A stretch of 64,000 bases of DNA. It comes from Hyphochytrium catenoides (taxonomy: Eukaryota; Protista; Hyphochytriomycota). Position numbers and translations under genes: made by a program. Below the pieces are notes generated by a model. It did no database searches and was not told the origin of the DNA. It saw nothing but the letters and a program-made list of their open reading frames with translations. Below, one piece after another: positions 12,273-26,757 of this stretch. Numbering within the stretch: the stretch's first letter is position 1; every line of letters begins with the position of its first letter. The stretch spans positions 39,305 to 103,304 of the forward strand of contig FLMG01000529.1 in the NCBI GenBank assembly GCA_900088475.1, in the 5' to 3' direction.

Positions 12273-12924
12273 ATGGATCCAGCACAATCGAAAAGATATC
12301 AAAAATTACTCTTAGTCTTGCGGAAGGCGATTGATGTGTCCGTGGACAATGTTATCAACAAGGAGCTCGGCCCAGCCTTCAAGGATGTGGAGGTGAATCA
12401 CCAGGATCTTCAAGGGAGCGTCAAGGAAACTCTTTCCTCCGTCAAGGTGGACATCAATGTATGTAGAATATTCCTGGCAACGGCATTTACGAAGTACGGC
12501 CGACTTACATAGTCATCTCAGCGAGAGGTCAGCGCGCTCTGCGACGAGAAAGAGCTCAACAAGAGGCTCCTTGCCTTTGACGAAGTACTAAAATCTCACC
12601 AGGAGAAGAAGAAGACAGACATAAACTTGCAAAGGTACGACGCTCTGTTCCAGGAAAAGGCTCCTTTCCTGTCCACGTTAAAGAGATTATCCATCTCCCT
12701 TCAGCCCTGATATTTACCTAGAAGAGAAGCCCGATGCTTTGATCAGGAAGGTGCGGATTGCGACAAAGCGAAAAGAGAAACTGCTCCTTCAGAAGAGACT
12801 CCAGGAAATCGAGGCAGAGAATGAGGAATTGGAAGGCTCTCTGCAACACTCTCGGATTTCTGCCCAAAGTGGCATTGATGCACTGACAAGCTATGTGCAG
12901 TCTCTTAAGCCAGTTACGTGCTGA
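12273..12924 (+). CDS. Nnf1/PMF1-like kinetochore (MIS12 complex) coiled-coil protein, 3 exons
   Basis: About 170-aa spliced product: SKRYQKLLLVLRKAI...; REVSALCDEKELNKRLLAFDEVL; PDALIRKVRIATKRKEKLLLQKRLQEIEAENEEL. Size, pattern and C-terminal coiled coil fit the Nnf1 family (recognition from memory). Confidence 0.5.
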
Positions 12925-14117
12925 GAGGTTGGCTAAAGCCCAGCCCTCTCTTCTTCTTTTCTCTAGTGAATTGTATTCGCTAGTGATGACTTAGGAGTCA
13001 GTGCCACGAGGCGGGGAGTCATGAATGTACATGCAGCCGAATCGATCAGCGAAGCTTGAGGAGCATAGCATTCCATTCAGCTTGTCCCAGGCAGCCCCGT
13101 ACACGTTGACGATGTGTGATATAGTCACAAATCTTTTCTTACACCGCTCTCTAGATCTCTTGCCATTCATCACTCTCATGGTCTTGCTCCGTATCGATTG
13201 AAGTCTCCATCTAGTGCCACCGCTTACGTCTTATGCTAGGATCAGAGAGAAGTAACGAATAATCTTCGGGTTGCTATTGAGACACTGAGGCATCCGACTG
13301 ATACTGAACTGAGGAAGCTGACTGCTCGTGACCTTAGCTCTTCCTTGAGATGGAACAAGGCAAAAGATACTTCCTAGGGGCTGAGGAGTGAAAGATGCAA
13401 GAGAGTATCCCCATGGCCTTTTGCGTTATTCACTGATTGATTGCTTGATCAGGCTGCGACTCACAGCGATGCCTCAGTCCAACCACTGTAACCGTGAGCC
13501 CTTGAGCGGTCGCTAGACACTACGTTAATGATGCCGTCCTACTTTCCTTAGTTCCCCTCCTGCATCGAAACCTTCGTTACCCTTCCTAATCAGGAATGAC
13601 TATACCCCTATATTAGTACAGCTGTAGAGCTCCCTAGCTTCCTCCTGAGAGAAGGGCTGATGAGCAAAAGGAGCACGCAGCACATTGTTGGCAGAAGTCA
13701 CGGATGGCCCCCTGCCTTTTGGAGATCCACTGGGGCGAGATGATAGGGGTTACCGGCTCTATACCCTCAACCGTCGCGTTCTTATACTCCCATCAACTGT
13801 CCTCAGAAGTTCAGGACATCCTGTCGGCTAATATTATAGGTGTCTCCTCCCTTCCTGCTGCGGCTGTGATGGCTGCTTGTGCGCTTGATCCAAGCGAGCC
13901 TGTCATGGACAGCTTTATCTGAATCTTAATGGAAGGAGCTTCCTGACATCTAGTTGACGATGTTCCTTCTATTATCTGACATGTGATTGATGATGTTCTC
14001 TCATTTAAGCTTCCAACTGTTCCAGGGCAGTCTCTATCGCCCTAACAAGGTCTGCCATGTACTTCCGCCACTTTAAGAATAGTACCCAACTTAAGTGTTA
14101 GATTAAGTGGAGATAGA

Positions 14118-17100
14118 GATGAAGTCAGGTCCTTAGGCGGAAGTTTGAAGTTATGCTGAGCGCACCAAATGGTAGGATGTAGCCCGCATGGCTGTGGGCA
14201 TCCACCACTGCTGATATTCCTTTGCTTTTGCGACTAGGATCACATATGTGCCTGAGGGCATCCTCTCCTGCACCTCATGAAGACCTCAATGAAGCTCCAG
14301 GAGAGTTACAAGCCACGATTAATGACAGCGTTCAGAGTGTTGAGTCTAAGTGTGGTGGTGTGGATGGACCAAAGGAAAGAGGTCTTAGTAAGGCGGAGTC
14401 GACGGTGCAGCTTGTTGTCAAGGCTCTTATAACGCATTTGCCTATCACGCTCCAAGAAGCAACCGGCTTCATTAAGGACGAGGACTCCTTTAAGGCATTT
14501 CTTATGATTGCCAACAATGTAAGGCTAACTCTCTCCTCCCATCCGGCAGTTCGTCATCTCTTACATTGATTGGGTACTCCTTAACCTGTCCTGCAGGAGA
14601 CAGCTTCCCAAGTAACGAGTTTCCTTCAGAGCCTGCACGAGTGCGGAGCCTCAATTGGCTCTTCTCTCCAGCGGGAGAAGTATCAGATCAAACTTGTGTA
14701 TGCCATCCTGGACTTCATTATGGTGGCAGGGCAGAGTCCTTTCCCGGTAAGGATCAGTCGCTACGTGACTTCGAATTCACATCATAGATAGTTGATGACA
14801 AAAGGAAGAGGAGGCTGGGCTAGCTGAAAACTGAACGGAGGCGAGACAGCGGTATTAATATTCTTTGTGATACCTGTTGGCTAGGTTCATGTCCGATGGA
14901 CTTATAGGATCTTGGCAAAAGTGTTCGCCGGCTTGCATGATCAAGAGTTTCTTACACTAAGCTGGGACTGGTTCTGCAATAGGAGACCTATGGGTAAGAG
15001 GATGGCGAAAGGTGTCTTTTCTCCATTGTCTTTGTTTATATTGAGCTAGTCCTCTAACCCCTTATCGAACCGCAGGACGACAGAGTCCACTAGTGAAATC
15101 CATCACCACACTCGAGGGTGATCCGTCTGCTGAGGTGGAGGTCGTCTCTGTTATCTGGCAGGTATCGAAGGGGCGCTTATTGCAGCTTCTGTTCTCTGTC
15201 CTTCCGGATAAAATCCGAGAGCCGGAGCGGTACATCACGGTATTATGGAAATGCCTGGAGATACTTTGCGCAAACCTGGAGTCAAGAAACGAGCTAGTAG
15301 AGAAGAAAATGATCCCTATCGCAACCGGTATGTAGGGACGACATAGAACGAAAGAGGAAACATGGGAGAGGAATGTAACTGCGGGTTATGCTCAAGGCAC
15401 ATGTCATGGCCACAGGCCCAATTATAGGGGTTAAAAGAGTTTGCACCTCCTAGTGAGCAAGAGAGGACCTAAGGACGTCGCATGAGTGGCAAAAGCCAAC
15501 CGTTGGTAAAGCTTTGGTGAAAAGGCTTAGCAGGCCCAATCATCACCATTCTGACTAGATTTGCAGAGGTTGGACTTCGGCTTACGCAGCACGGAAACTC
15601 TATGGCTGTCAGATGTAGCGCCTTATTCTTGCTGAAAGGGCTCTGGGAGACGTTCTACGCAGATGGAATTCTACCACATGACTTTGAGATGCACATTGTG
15701 GCAGTAGTTAGAGATCTAATGTACGTTTCCTAGAACTAGTTTAGCTCTTTGAGCAAACTCTGAGAAGCTTGTCATTTCATGGGGCTTTCCTCGTCTCGCC
15801 CTTAGAACTGAGGGAGAGGAGCTCGAAGCACAGATCGTTGTGGCTTCAGTGATGATGGACTGGCTGGCCTTCTTCACACTACGCCGCTCGCCTCATGGCA
15901 GCTTGCTGTTCAAGGAAGCTATTGCACTTGGTTTCAAACAGACGTTACCAGAGGTGAAGACTGATGAGGATCGCGTCCGTTGTTTCTTTTCTACAGGCCC
16001 CTGACGGTTTTCCAGTCCACTCCTTGAGCATATAGCGTGGTTTACTCACCAACGGTCTTCTCTCCTCCACAGCCCCTTTTTCAATACTTTTTGCACTGCT
16101 TCGTTCGCCTGGTCGATGACCTCGGTCCAGCCTTACCGGTCGAAGTGCTGATAGAGCCTTTAAGCGTCTTCCTCTCTAGAGCGGGAGCGTTTCAGAAGCT
16201 CCAACTATACCCTCTTCTCAACGCCATCTCACGTAGCGAGCGGCTCACTGCAACCACAAGTCTCCGACTAGTAGACATTGTGGCCCCGTGGGCCCTGGAA
16301 GTCTCGTCCTTCGCACCTTGTGTACGGAATGTGCTGACGACCCTTCTGTTGAGGTGGCCAACAAACGATCTCGTAAAGCAACGAGCTTTAGACTTGGCTA
16401 GGGTACGGTTATGTCATAGTGAAGGGTCTCTGCATCTGACACTCTCTAGCTTTTTTGANNNNNNNNNNNNNNNNNNNNNNNNNNNNNNNNNNNNNNNNNN
16501 NNNNNNNNNNNNNNNNGCTTGAGGCCTGAGACCGAAAGGTCAATCCTCATCTTGTGGTAGGGCTAACTTTTCTCTTAGACTATGCTACTCTTCCACATCC
16601 GAGCTGAAGCAGTATTGAAGTCGTTCGAGCCAATGGACCAACAGGATGAACGGCGAAAAGAAGAGCTGCGACTGCAGCAATGGCTGGCCATTAGTCTGCT
16701 TCAGGTACTGAGTTGTGTGGATTGCCGGAGCTTTCGTGACTACATGAAGATGAAGTTGGACGAGACTATTGTAAAGTCACGAGGTACGCAATTTGCTATT
16801 GCCATCTAGGGGCGGCCCATCTTCTCCTTTAGTTTAGTTCCTGGGCAATATATGCCCGAGTTGAGACGGCTGAGCTACACGCTGGTCATGCTGTAGGAAG
16901 ATGGGACACTCCTTTGAGCACGCAGTTTGTGGCGTTCTACTTCATCAGTAGTGCAAACCCACCTGTAAAGGTTGCATGCAATGCGCTGATCCTAACCTTA
17001 TTATACTTCGCGTCTAATGGTATATGCCGAACTCCCCCGCGCTGCACCAGAGACCTTAGGAGGCAAGGCAGATGCTCGTCTGATAGAGCTGCGAGACCTG

Positions 17101-20100
17101 TTGTGCAGAAAAGATTCTCCAGGGACAGTTGGAGATAGTGGCAACTGGTGGCTCCCAAATCCGCACTACGTCATGTCAGGAAAGTCAACTGGGGTTGACA
17201 GCAGAGGTAGGGGTTCCTCATTTGCTATCCAGTTGCTCTTTTCCAACTATATGCAATCGACTATATAGTCCACCCTTAAGCTTGTCCCTATTCCTGTTTG
17301 CTGTCAATTTGAGTGCCGACGTACCCAATTCTTATGCACTTCCACTGTAAGGTCAACTGGTGGGCAAGCAGATGAAGGGTGTGATCAACTCCAGTAGAGA
17401 GCTTGTACATCTCGATGACACGCAGGTGAGGCGCAGCTACGCGTTATTGGACTGCCATTATCTCAATGACGCACAACCGAGCTACCTAGTTGACAATCTT
17501 CAAACTTCAGAGGATCTGCCATGGTGTCCAGCGCAATGACATCCAAAGAAGGCGCGTTATAGGCCCCGAGAAAAGCTTTCCAGCACTTTCCTCGAAGCCT
17601 TCTGCTTCATTTTTTCTCCACATACCGTCATCTGCCACTCCTACTACCCTCCCCATCGCCCCTAGCGCTTTCAATTCACCCCAGATGGGGACGCAGAGAG
17701 TACAGCACGATCAGCTGGAAGACGGCATCGTGAGACTTTCACCAAGCTTCTCGGACCCAATCTCTGTACCGCTCCAGGAAAGGCACGGGCCAATAACTGG
17801 CATGGCTAAGAAGAGGAGTAACCAGTAAGGACCCAGTACTCCTGCCTGAATGTAACATTTCTTCAGATGCTTAATCCTGTCATTGCTCTGTGCAATTCAC
17901 ACTCCCCAACAGCTGTACATTCTTCCAGAGGTCTGTTTCCTGCGCGGGAACTAACCTGTTCACCCCTCTTACACATTGCTGCCACATTTCTGACCATATG
18001 TTGCGGTCTAGGGAAGGACTTTTTCAGCCTTGGCTTTCAGTTCTGAAGAAGTTGTTCGATCTCTACAGCGGAGATCTCCACTCAGCCGGTAAACAGTCCC
18101 TTCTGAAGGTTCCAGTTCTCTTCTAAATTTCCGTCAGCGGATCTCTGCGTGTAGCCTCCTTCATATCACTAAGGCATTGCACGCACGCTTGGTCCTTAAC
18201 GTTGCCTGGATCCTCTAATTAGGGCTACCACTGCTATCACTGCCTTCTTGGTTGGAGCTATGCTGCGACTATCAGATTGTACCTCGCCTCATGACTTCAA
18301 AGCAATCCGTCAGACTATTCTGGGTCCAGGCAAACCGGAAGTTAGAGAAAAGGAGACGAGACGCCATGCGATTTGGCTCGTTCCTCTCCCTCTTGGGAGA
18401 AGTATCACAATCGTTTGGGTTTGGGTCGGCCCAGTACCTTCTTCCCTACGATCGTGCCGCCTGTCTTGTGTACCACTTTTGGTACTTCAGCGACACAACC
18501 ATGCAGACGGAGGAACCTGACGGAACAGCCCCGGAGATGGAGAAAGCAAGAGACTTGTTGGAAGATGGCACCAAAGTTGCTCTTCTGACGAGGAAAGAAT
18601 GGGAAGATACCTCCCTATGGATCCCAAAGTTCGAGATTCCTCGATCAACTCAACTCTCTCTTCCATGGGCTACAGCTTTGGAGTGCGTGAGCCAGCTCCT
18701 TTTTGAAGCTTTGGGATTCCATATCCTTCCCATACTGCATCCGAGGTGAGCAGGGTCATAGGATATCAAAATTGGAATATTGGGCCACCATGAAAAATTC
18801 CAACAGTACCTCACTTGGCTTTGTGATGCTTCATCTTCGACTCTAACCGAGCGCAGTGGCCGCAGACTTGTCAATCCCTCTAAAATCTCATTCCCTGGAT
18901 TCAGCTTGCATTAAAACCCACCTAAACCGATTCGTGCTGAGATGTCCGCCGGGTTTGATTGCGTTACTTCTGAACTTTCCTCATTATGCCCTTCAGAGTC
19001 GAAGATTCCAGTGGTTTCGGCTTTATCGAGATAGATCGCGGGAATCAAGATGACACAGTCGTGGCTTCAAAGTGGCAGAAGACATTTCAAGACGAGCAGG
19101 GGAGTGGGGATGAAGGCGAGGTTCCAGAATCTCAAGACAATGCTATTAGGAAAGAGCCTCCTAGACAGGAGCACTCCACTAACGTGTTTCAAATCTCAAT
19201 AGTGGCGGGAGAGGTCTTAGACGAGGCCCAGCGAACAGTGCCCTGCGTTTATTATTGCCAATTTTGGGTTAATGGCAAGCGCCTGTGGAAGACCAAGGTA
19301 GTTAGTCGATTGAGTTTCGACTCTGCTGTGCTTCCTACTGTTCTGCCGTTGTCCTTGCTCTTCGTTTGTGTTAGCAGTTCAAAGTACCCCTCCCTAGCCG
19401 TCTATCTCGCCTTCCTAGACCCTTCCACATCACAGGGGTTTCTAACTGACAGCGCACCTGCTATGCTTTTCTCTCTTTGTCAACGTTCAACCTGTCGCAG
19501 CACGCGGCGGCTAAAAACATGACCCAGCCGGAATGGCATGAACACTTTGACATTTGCACCGCTCCTGGGCATGACGAAGTGAAGATTGCGATGTACAGAT
19601 ATGAGGAGGACAAACCCATTCATCCGAGCCTACTGGGCTTAGTGACGGTATGTACATTATTTATGCAAGTCAAGTGTGTTGAAGGAGAAGGATTTGAAGT
19701 TTACGAGTCAGAGTGGATAAGGACCAATTTGTTCGAGTAGGTCATAGTTGACGGAAGTGGCAACTGTCATAAGGGAGCTTGTTTTACCACAGCGTTGCTG
19801 ATAGAAGCGTGCATAGTTCTCTGTTAGGGACTGGTTGATCAGGATGAAGGGTGAGACATACGCACTGTTGCGTTCTCAGGATGTGATCACAGCGAAACTA
19901 CTTCTCAAGTTCCGCCTGAGGGACATTACATACAGCAGTACGTTGGGAGGCTTCACCATTAAATCGACGTGACTTCAGCTGAATCTCGCAACCTTAATCT
20001 TCCTCTGAGAGTTTCCTTCCAAACATATGGTTGTGCTGACAAGCACTGTTTTCAAGGCTTTGGGTCGTAGTATTCATCCCATCCACTGCATTACCGGTTC

Positions 20101-21367
20101 GTCACTATACAAGCTCAACTTCAATCCTAACTGGGTGTAATCATTTCAGGCCTCAAAAGGAAAATGGTGTCGAAAGGCCGCGGTCGGTCACCTGAACCCA
20201 TCCAACAAGTACCTGCCCTGCGCAGTCCGGGGAAGAAGATGAATAGAAGACCCAAAGTGGAAGTTGTTCGGGCACTTGAAGCAGCAAAGATGAAGGAGGA
20301 AGAGAAGAGGAAAGAGGAGAAACGCAGGCTCAGAGCGCAAGCCCTGCATAACAAGTTAGCTACTAGGGTGACAGATTCGGCTCCGCATTACGCAGAGAGA
20401 GAAGCAGAGCGAAGACAGGCCGCTTGGCAGTCATCGGAAGTAAAGGAGGGGATCACGTCTTCGAGCCCTGACGCTTTGATAATACCGACAGGAGAAGTGA
20501 AAGGAAAAGTGACGGTGACGAGTGGACAGGATGACAGGTAAAACATCACATGCCAAGACGCGAACAGATGGTCATCATTTTTTCTCTCTACTTGACAGAC
20601 ACGGAGTGGAGAAGCAGGAGAAGATGTTGCCACCTAAACAGCCCGTCTCCAAGCACCGAAATGTGGGGGCCGGGCACTGGAAAGATGTATGGAGCCTTTC
20701 TTAGGAAGACTGCACTTACTCCTTGTAGCTAAACCACATTTTTTTTGCCGTGTTTCGCTAGGACCATGTACCTGCTAAGAAAACCGCACCTACTAAGGTT
20801 CTAGGGGAGAGCGACTCTAACCATAGCCCGATGTCGACCAACTCGCACTTGCTTGAGTCGACCAAGTCGCACTTGCTTGAGAGTCAGCCACCACCACCTC
20901 AGACTGAGCAAGGGGGAACTTTACGAGATGAGAGCAATGCCAAGCCTTTAACGGACAAACCAGTCCACAATTTCAGGGAGGTTGAATTCGTGCGTCAGCT
21001 AGTAAGTTACTGGTTACAGCAAGCGCTGTCAGCAGCTGTAGCAACGATAAGTGCGAGGCAGGCACCTGTACTACCCACATCCCCGGCGAGGCCTATAAAG
21101 GTTAACGCACCCATTGAAATGGATGTAAGGCTTGACGTGGTGAGGGAGCTAGCTCGGACGCTGGTGAGCCAAATGTTAGCTCCACGGACAACGCCTTAGA
21201 CACTTGTAGAAATGTTCAAATGCGTGTATGTTTTGTGACATATCAGGTATGCTAATGTACATCATGCAACTGCTTTAGTTAACCGTACAGACAACAGCAT
21301 CGTGGAATCTCGGCCTACTCTTATATCGATGGCTGTTGACTCAATAATGGTGAAGTCAAACGTCTAG
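14118..21367 (+). CDS. Large multi-exon hypothetical protein: helical (ARM/HEAT-like) repeats, an EF-hand-like helical region, a C2 domain and a low-complexity/coiled-coil tail; may be more than one gene
   Basis: Chain of + strand exons with canonical splice sites. Leu-rich helical exons at 14.2-16.8 kb; WLSVLKKLFDLYSG and CCDYQIVPRL at about 18 kb; C2-like FQISIVAGEVLD...YCQFWVNGKRLWKTK...QPEWHEHFDI...VKIAMY...LLGLVT at 19.2-19.65 kb. Both ends uncertain. Confidence 0.55.
16459..16516. other. Assembly gap (58 N), apparently intronic
   Basis: N run. Confidence 0.99.
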
Positions 21368-21473
21368 AGAGCTCGATTCACTCTTCTGGGGGCGGGGTAG
21401 GGGGCAAGCTTGAACTCAAGGCATCGGCCGCCTCTGCAATTTAAGGGAATTTCCGGGTTCAGCAAGGTCCTAA

Positions 21474-22352
21474 TTATAACAGAATCTTTGATGTCTCCTT
21501 ACCTTTCTCCTTCGCTAGTATGGTTGGGTTGACCCAAGTCTTATTTCTTGAATGAGCCAAACTGCGAGCTGATTGTGGGCGCTGGCTAGGAAGTGCGCTC
21601 TCTATACCCTTCTTGGCATCTCCTGTCGCTGACCCCTCGTCTCTAACCCAGGTTCTATGGCGGAAGGATGCCTTGGGCCGAGGGTGATGGGAAGCTATAG
21701 GTTCATGATATAGGTGTGGGTACTGTCCGCCTGAGCTATACACAGCTGGCGTTCCATAGTATGGACCATACATCCAGCCGTAGTTGACATCCTGTGGAAT
21801 CAGACGCTGCCTCTTGAAACCTTCACCCCATTGATACATGTTGGCTTCTTCCTCTTCTTCCAACCGCCTCTGTTCTTCGTTCACAGGAGGTCCGACTCTT
21901 GAAGTTATTGGAGCTCTCTGGGGACAACGAAAGCTGTGTGGTGAGACAGTGGCTGACTGCACCTCTAAAACATGACGTTACCTCTTCGGGTGCCTGCCGT
22001 TTGTAACCTTTGAGTAGAGATTCTTCGTCCACGATCCCATCATTTTCTGCGATTATCTCGTCCTCGCCTTGTGTTCGTTTAGATTCTGCAAGTAGATAAT
22101 CTGCAAGCTCGTGAGAGTGTTCCTGGCCAACAACCTCGACCAGATCGTCTGCAAGTCGGCTCGCGGTACTACTGGACTCCAACAGTTCCGCAACCTTGGT
22201 CTGTATGCAAAATTAGCCCGAACTGTCAAGGATACGCAGACAGGATGTTCACATACCACCTTAGCATCGCTCGCTTCTCCCGTCAGCTCCTGGAGCCTCG
22301 TCTTGATGACGCGGGAGAGTCCAGATTCGCACTTGTGATCGTCCTTGGTCAT
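21474..22352 (-). CDS. PWI-like domain protein (putative RNA-processing factor), multi-exon
   Basis: N-terminus LSRVIKTRLQELTGEASD...VAELLE...LADDLVEVVGQEHSHELADYL resembles a PWI helical bundle; Tyr/Gly/Pro-rich C-terminus with repeated +TWV motifs. Confidence 0.55.
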
Positions 22353-23163
22353 GTCGATAGCTAGAGAGATTCGCTACCCTCTAACGAGAGCAGTATGAGA
22401 GCACAGTGTTCTTGGCCCTTCCCAAGTTCGCCGCGACTTCCTTCGTCCCGCATTCCTGGCAGGCCCGGGTCCTAACTTTCTTATCTATGGGTCTTGCTGA
22501 TCGACAACTCCGCCATGCAGGCTGCTATGTCCCCTCATCAAGCGCTCAACAACCATCTCGCTCTTCTGAGGATGCTCATCAATGCAGGACACTCTCCCTC
22601 CTTCGTTGATGTCAACTCGAGTTCTTCTGCGCTTGACTGTTCGCATTTGCACCCAACCACAGCCAAGATATGGGGTGTTCGCACTTCACACCTTCCAACC
22701 ATAGGGACACCCAGACGTCGTCCAGGTTTGTCGGAGACTGAAGAGGGACTAGGCTCGGATTAATCTCTCGCTGATTCTATGACTTTGATCTCTAGTGTTA
22801 AGTTATGAAAAGGTGTGTGTTATGTCTGACAGCACTTGTGGATCCTTTACAAATAGGACCGTGATGGAAACCGAGAGCTCTCTCATCAACATTGTGAAGA
22901 ACGATGGGAGTTGAGTTGATTGTTGACGGTTGGGACGATCTCCCAATTGTACTGACCCGATAGCAGATCTCTACAGAAGCAAGCCACGTCGTCGGCTGCT
23001 GCCTGGCTTCTTTTGGCTCGGCAGCGTCTAGGGGCCCAGCAGCACCTCGCCAAGTCCGGTAGTGTTTGAGGCCCTTTCCATCCGTGTCGTTCTGACATAC
23101 GGATCACCATTCTGTCTACCTCTACAAAAAGACGTGGTGGCACTGCCAGAGTAGCGAAGCACC

Positions 23164-26100
23164 ATGACTTGGAGAAGCTATTGCAGGGCTGTCGGGTTCT
23201 TGGGACTCTGCCTTCTACTGAACCTTGTCATGGTGTCTGTCATGGCTGACGACCCGGTGTCTTACAAGAAGGGAGATGAAGTAGCTGTTTTCGCTAACAT
23301 CGTAAGTCCTCTTCACCCTATCAGGCAACACGGTACTCATGTTAGAATGTACACTCCAGGTCGGTCCCATGTACAATCCGACGGAAACCTATCGGTACTA
23401 CGATCTACCCTTTTGTCCACCTGAGGAGATGATTAGTGATGAGCATGCCCTTGGAGAGCTTCTCACTGGATCTCGAAAGGTTTGGGTCCAACAAAGCTTC
23501 TCAGATCTTGGGCAATAGGCCGGCAGGGTGCCTTCCTTTCACCAACGGCCGAACTGCTGCCGTTTTCTTGACTCTGCGGTTCTTTACATCCTTACACGCC
23601 CTTTTGCTGCCCTCCAGGTGAAGTCAAGGTATCATCTTCGTTACCTCATACCCAAGGAATTGGACTCCCTTTGTCAGAAGCAGCTTTCCGAAGAGGAGTT
23701 AGAAAAGTTCGCTGACGCACTGCGCCGCCAGTTTTACTTTGAACTCTTCGTCGATGAGCTCCCTTTGAGGGCGCCTCTTGGGGTTGCCGACAGGAATTTA
23801 ATCCAGTTCTTGGGCAAGAAGAAGAAGAATGAAAAGCTTGAAATCTATACACATCTGAACTTCCATATCGGGTATAACCAGGATAAGGTCGTTTTCGCAA
23901 ACGTCAGCAGTGACCCTGGGCGCACCTACTTGCTAAGTAAGGAGAACTTGAAGAACTCTATTGACTTCACATACTCGGTAATGTGGAGCCCAAGTGAGCT
24001 TCAATGGGAGGATAGGATGGTTGCATACAACCAGGTAACAACAAACGTCCCACCTAGCAGTCGATCCTAGGGCTTGGCTCTCAGCGTTTCCCTCTGCCAT
24101 CGGGACTCTGCGTCTTTCCGATCCCATCCTCGTACAGGGTCGGCTGATCGCCTCGAATTCAGAGATTCGGTGGCTGTCGGTAGTGAATGCCTTTATTCTC
24201 GTCATGCTACTCACCCTGTTCCTAGCAGTTATTATGGTCAGGATTCTCAAGAACGACTTTGCTCGGTAAGTCCAGGGTCGCTTTAGCTTAAGCTGCCACC
24301 TTGAGCACCTTAGTTTATTTTTTTGACCTTTCTCCTCCCTTCTCACCTGCTTCTTCCAACGTCACACAGATTGGTTTCCTTTCTTTTTAGAATCGTCTCG
24401 TTTGCTCCTGTCCGTGCCATTCTGTCATTCCACCGTCGCCTTCTACATCTACTTATAGCTTCACCTTTCTTCGTTTGGTAGTAGTCACCCGGTCCCAGAA
24501 ATCTCGTTTGCATCTTGGTTACGCAATCTCATGAACCTAAGATCCATCCCGCGTAACTCTTTACTTTTAGGTATATGGATCGCACAGATGACGATCTGGA
24601 TAAAGACGAGTCTGGGTGGAAGTTGGTCCACGGTGACGTCTTCAGAATGCCTCCGAATCTCAACCTCTTTGCGGCTATGATTGGCACAGGAGCTCAGCTC
24701 TTCTTTCTCGTATTGGCACTGATCTTTTTAGCCATACTCGACGCTTTCAATCCTACCCAAAGGGGCGGCGCAATGACCGCTGCCATAGTTGTTTATGCAC
24801 TTTCAGCAGGAATAGGAGGATACACGTCTGCCAAGTACTACAAGCAGCTTGGAGGGTGAGTAACTGGAGTACATTCTCGCTCGCTATGCAGAGATCCCTA
24901 GACATCTACCTCTTTACAACATTTGCGGATAGATCTTTGCGTTTGGTTTTCTTGTCCCAGAGGGATCTTTCTCCGATAATGTCTTTTTGGGAAAACTTGT
25001 ATTCATTGTGGCACTGTCTTCGCTCGATAGCAGGATAGGAGGCACTGGTCTGTCGCGTCTTCTTGAGTAGTTAGTCTAGATCCGGACCAACTGCATTGTC
25101 TAATGGTTTTGCTTGAACCGTCCCTCCCCAATACTATTGAATCTACTCACAGGACGAACTGGGTTGCGAATATTCTCACTTGCGCCGTCATCTTTCCGGG
25201 ACCACTGCTCCTGACATTTTCCTTCCTTAACTCCGTCGCCATCTACTACGAATCCACCGCAGCACTTCCTTTCGGGACCATCATGGTAAGGGCCATCGTG
25301 ACAAAGTTTGGCGGTTGCAAGCTCCAATAATCGAGGAGAACTTATGGGCGATCCACACTAACTTCTTCGTCTTAGATCGTTCTAGCGCTGTACGTGCTTG
25401 TTGCATGCCCCTTGACAGTGATTGGAGGCATAGCTGGAAGGAATATGGCAGCCCCATTTGATGCCCCGTGCAGAACCAACAAAATTCCGAGAGAGATCCC
25501 AGAACAGACAAGCTACCGGCATCCACTAGTACAGGTGAAGCATAGGACCTTATCCTGCTTACCAACGGGGTTCCCAGCGTAGTTGAAATTGGAGCTTTCC
25601 TTTGGCGCTGCAGCCAGTTGCTCTATTGTGCTTCTTTCAGTTCATCTAGATCTTAGCGTCAACCTCTTCATGTCACCTGGTCATGTCACCTGTACTTTGG
25701 CTTAAGTGGTCATCTGAACGGTCAAATTGACTCTGTCCGGCTTGCTTGAGCTTCTCTCACACTGGTGTCCTTCTTCATTGATATATGTGCGACTCACAAC
25801 GGCCCTTCGATTCAGATCCTCATCGCTGGGTCGCTTCCATTCAGCGCAATATATATAGAGATGCATCACATTCTGACAGCCTTATGGGGCAACCAGTTTT
25901 ACACGCTGTTTGGCATCCTTCTTCTCAGCTTCATTATGCTAACGGTAGCCACAGCCTTCGTGACGGTGAGTGCCTCATTGGGGGGGGGGCTATTAGAGAA
26001 TCTTTTTATCCATTTCTTGGGGGTGCTACTTTTGTCTCCTTACTTTGCCCAAGACCTCAATCTACTCCATTGCTCTTTGTGTGAGGGCGGTGTCTGAGCT

Positions 26101-26497
26101 AAGTACAATCACCACTTTAGATCATGTTGAGATTGCCATATTTGGGTGACCTCTCCAACGGGGAGCTTTCTTTTTAATCAGGCTGGTCCCTCATTGCTTG
26201 TCAATTTCCCGCGTCTTGCTGCAGGTAACGCTCACCTATTTCCAGCTAAATATGGAGGATCATCGCTGGTGGTGGCGTTCCTTCGTAACTGGCGGCATTA
26301 GTGGCCTGTGGGTCTATATGTACAGCATCTGGTACTACAAGACCGCCACAAATATGAGCGGGTTCTTGCAGTCCTCCTACTATTTCGGGTACATGGCTAT
26401 CCTTTCCTTTGGCATATTCCTTATGCTTGGCTTTATTGGCTTCGTCAGCTCTCTTGCCTTCGTAAAGAAGATATATAGGACCATCAAAGTAGAATGA
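23164..26497 (+). CDS. TM9SF: Transmembrane 9 superfamily (nonaspanin/EMP70) protein, multi-exon
   Basis: Signal peptide; VGPMYNPTETYRYYDLPFC; EIRWLSVVNAF; DESGWKLVHGDVFR; PCRTNKIPREIP; GSLPFSAIYIE; EDHRWWWRSF; C-terminal IYRTIKVE (KxD/E motif). Confidence 0.96.
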
Positions 26498-26757
26498 TTC
26501 AGCCTGAAGGCACATTGCATGCACTTTGATCAAGTGTCCCCGTTTAGAGCAGTAATCAGCAAACTAGGGCATGCACTAGCCCTATGTTCACCTTTGATGC
26601 TTTGTTAGTCACAGCCTTTCTGTGTGATAGTTCCCATACTACGTACGCCACATAGGAACTTCTGCATAGCTGTGGCTGCTCAGGGCTTGCTGCAAACCTG
26701 CAGTCTAATTGAGTAGACGATGAAGCCAGCCTGCATTCCCTTCTTATTCAAGCACTA

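Noticed and set aside
12990-14100. Scattered 60-70 aa ORFs upstream of the large C2 gene
   Set aside because: Could be 5' exons or a separate gene, but no frame-consistent model was found.
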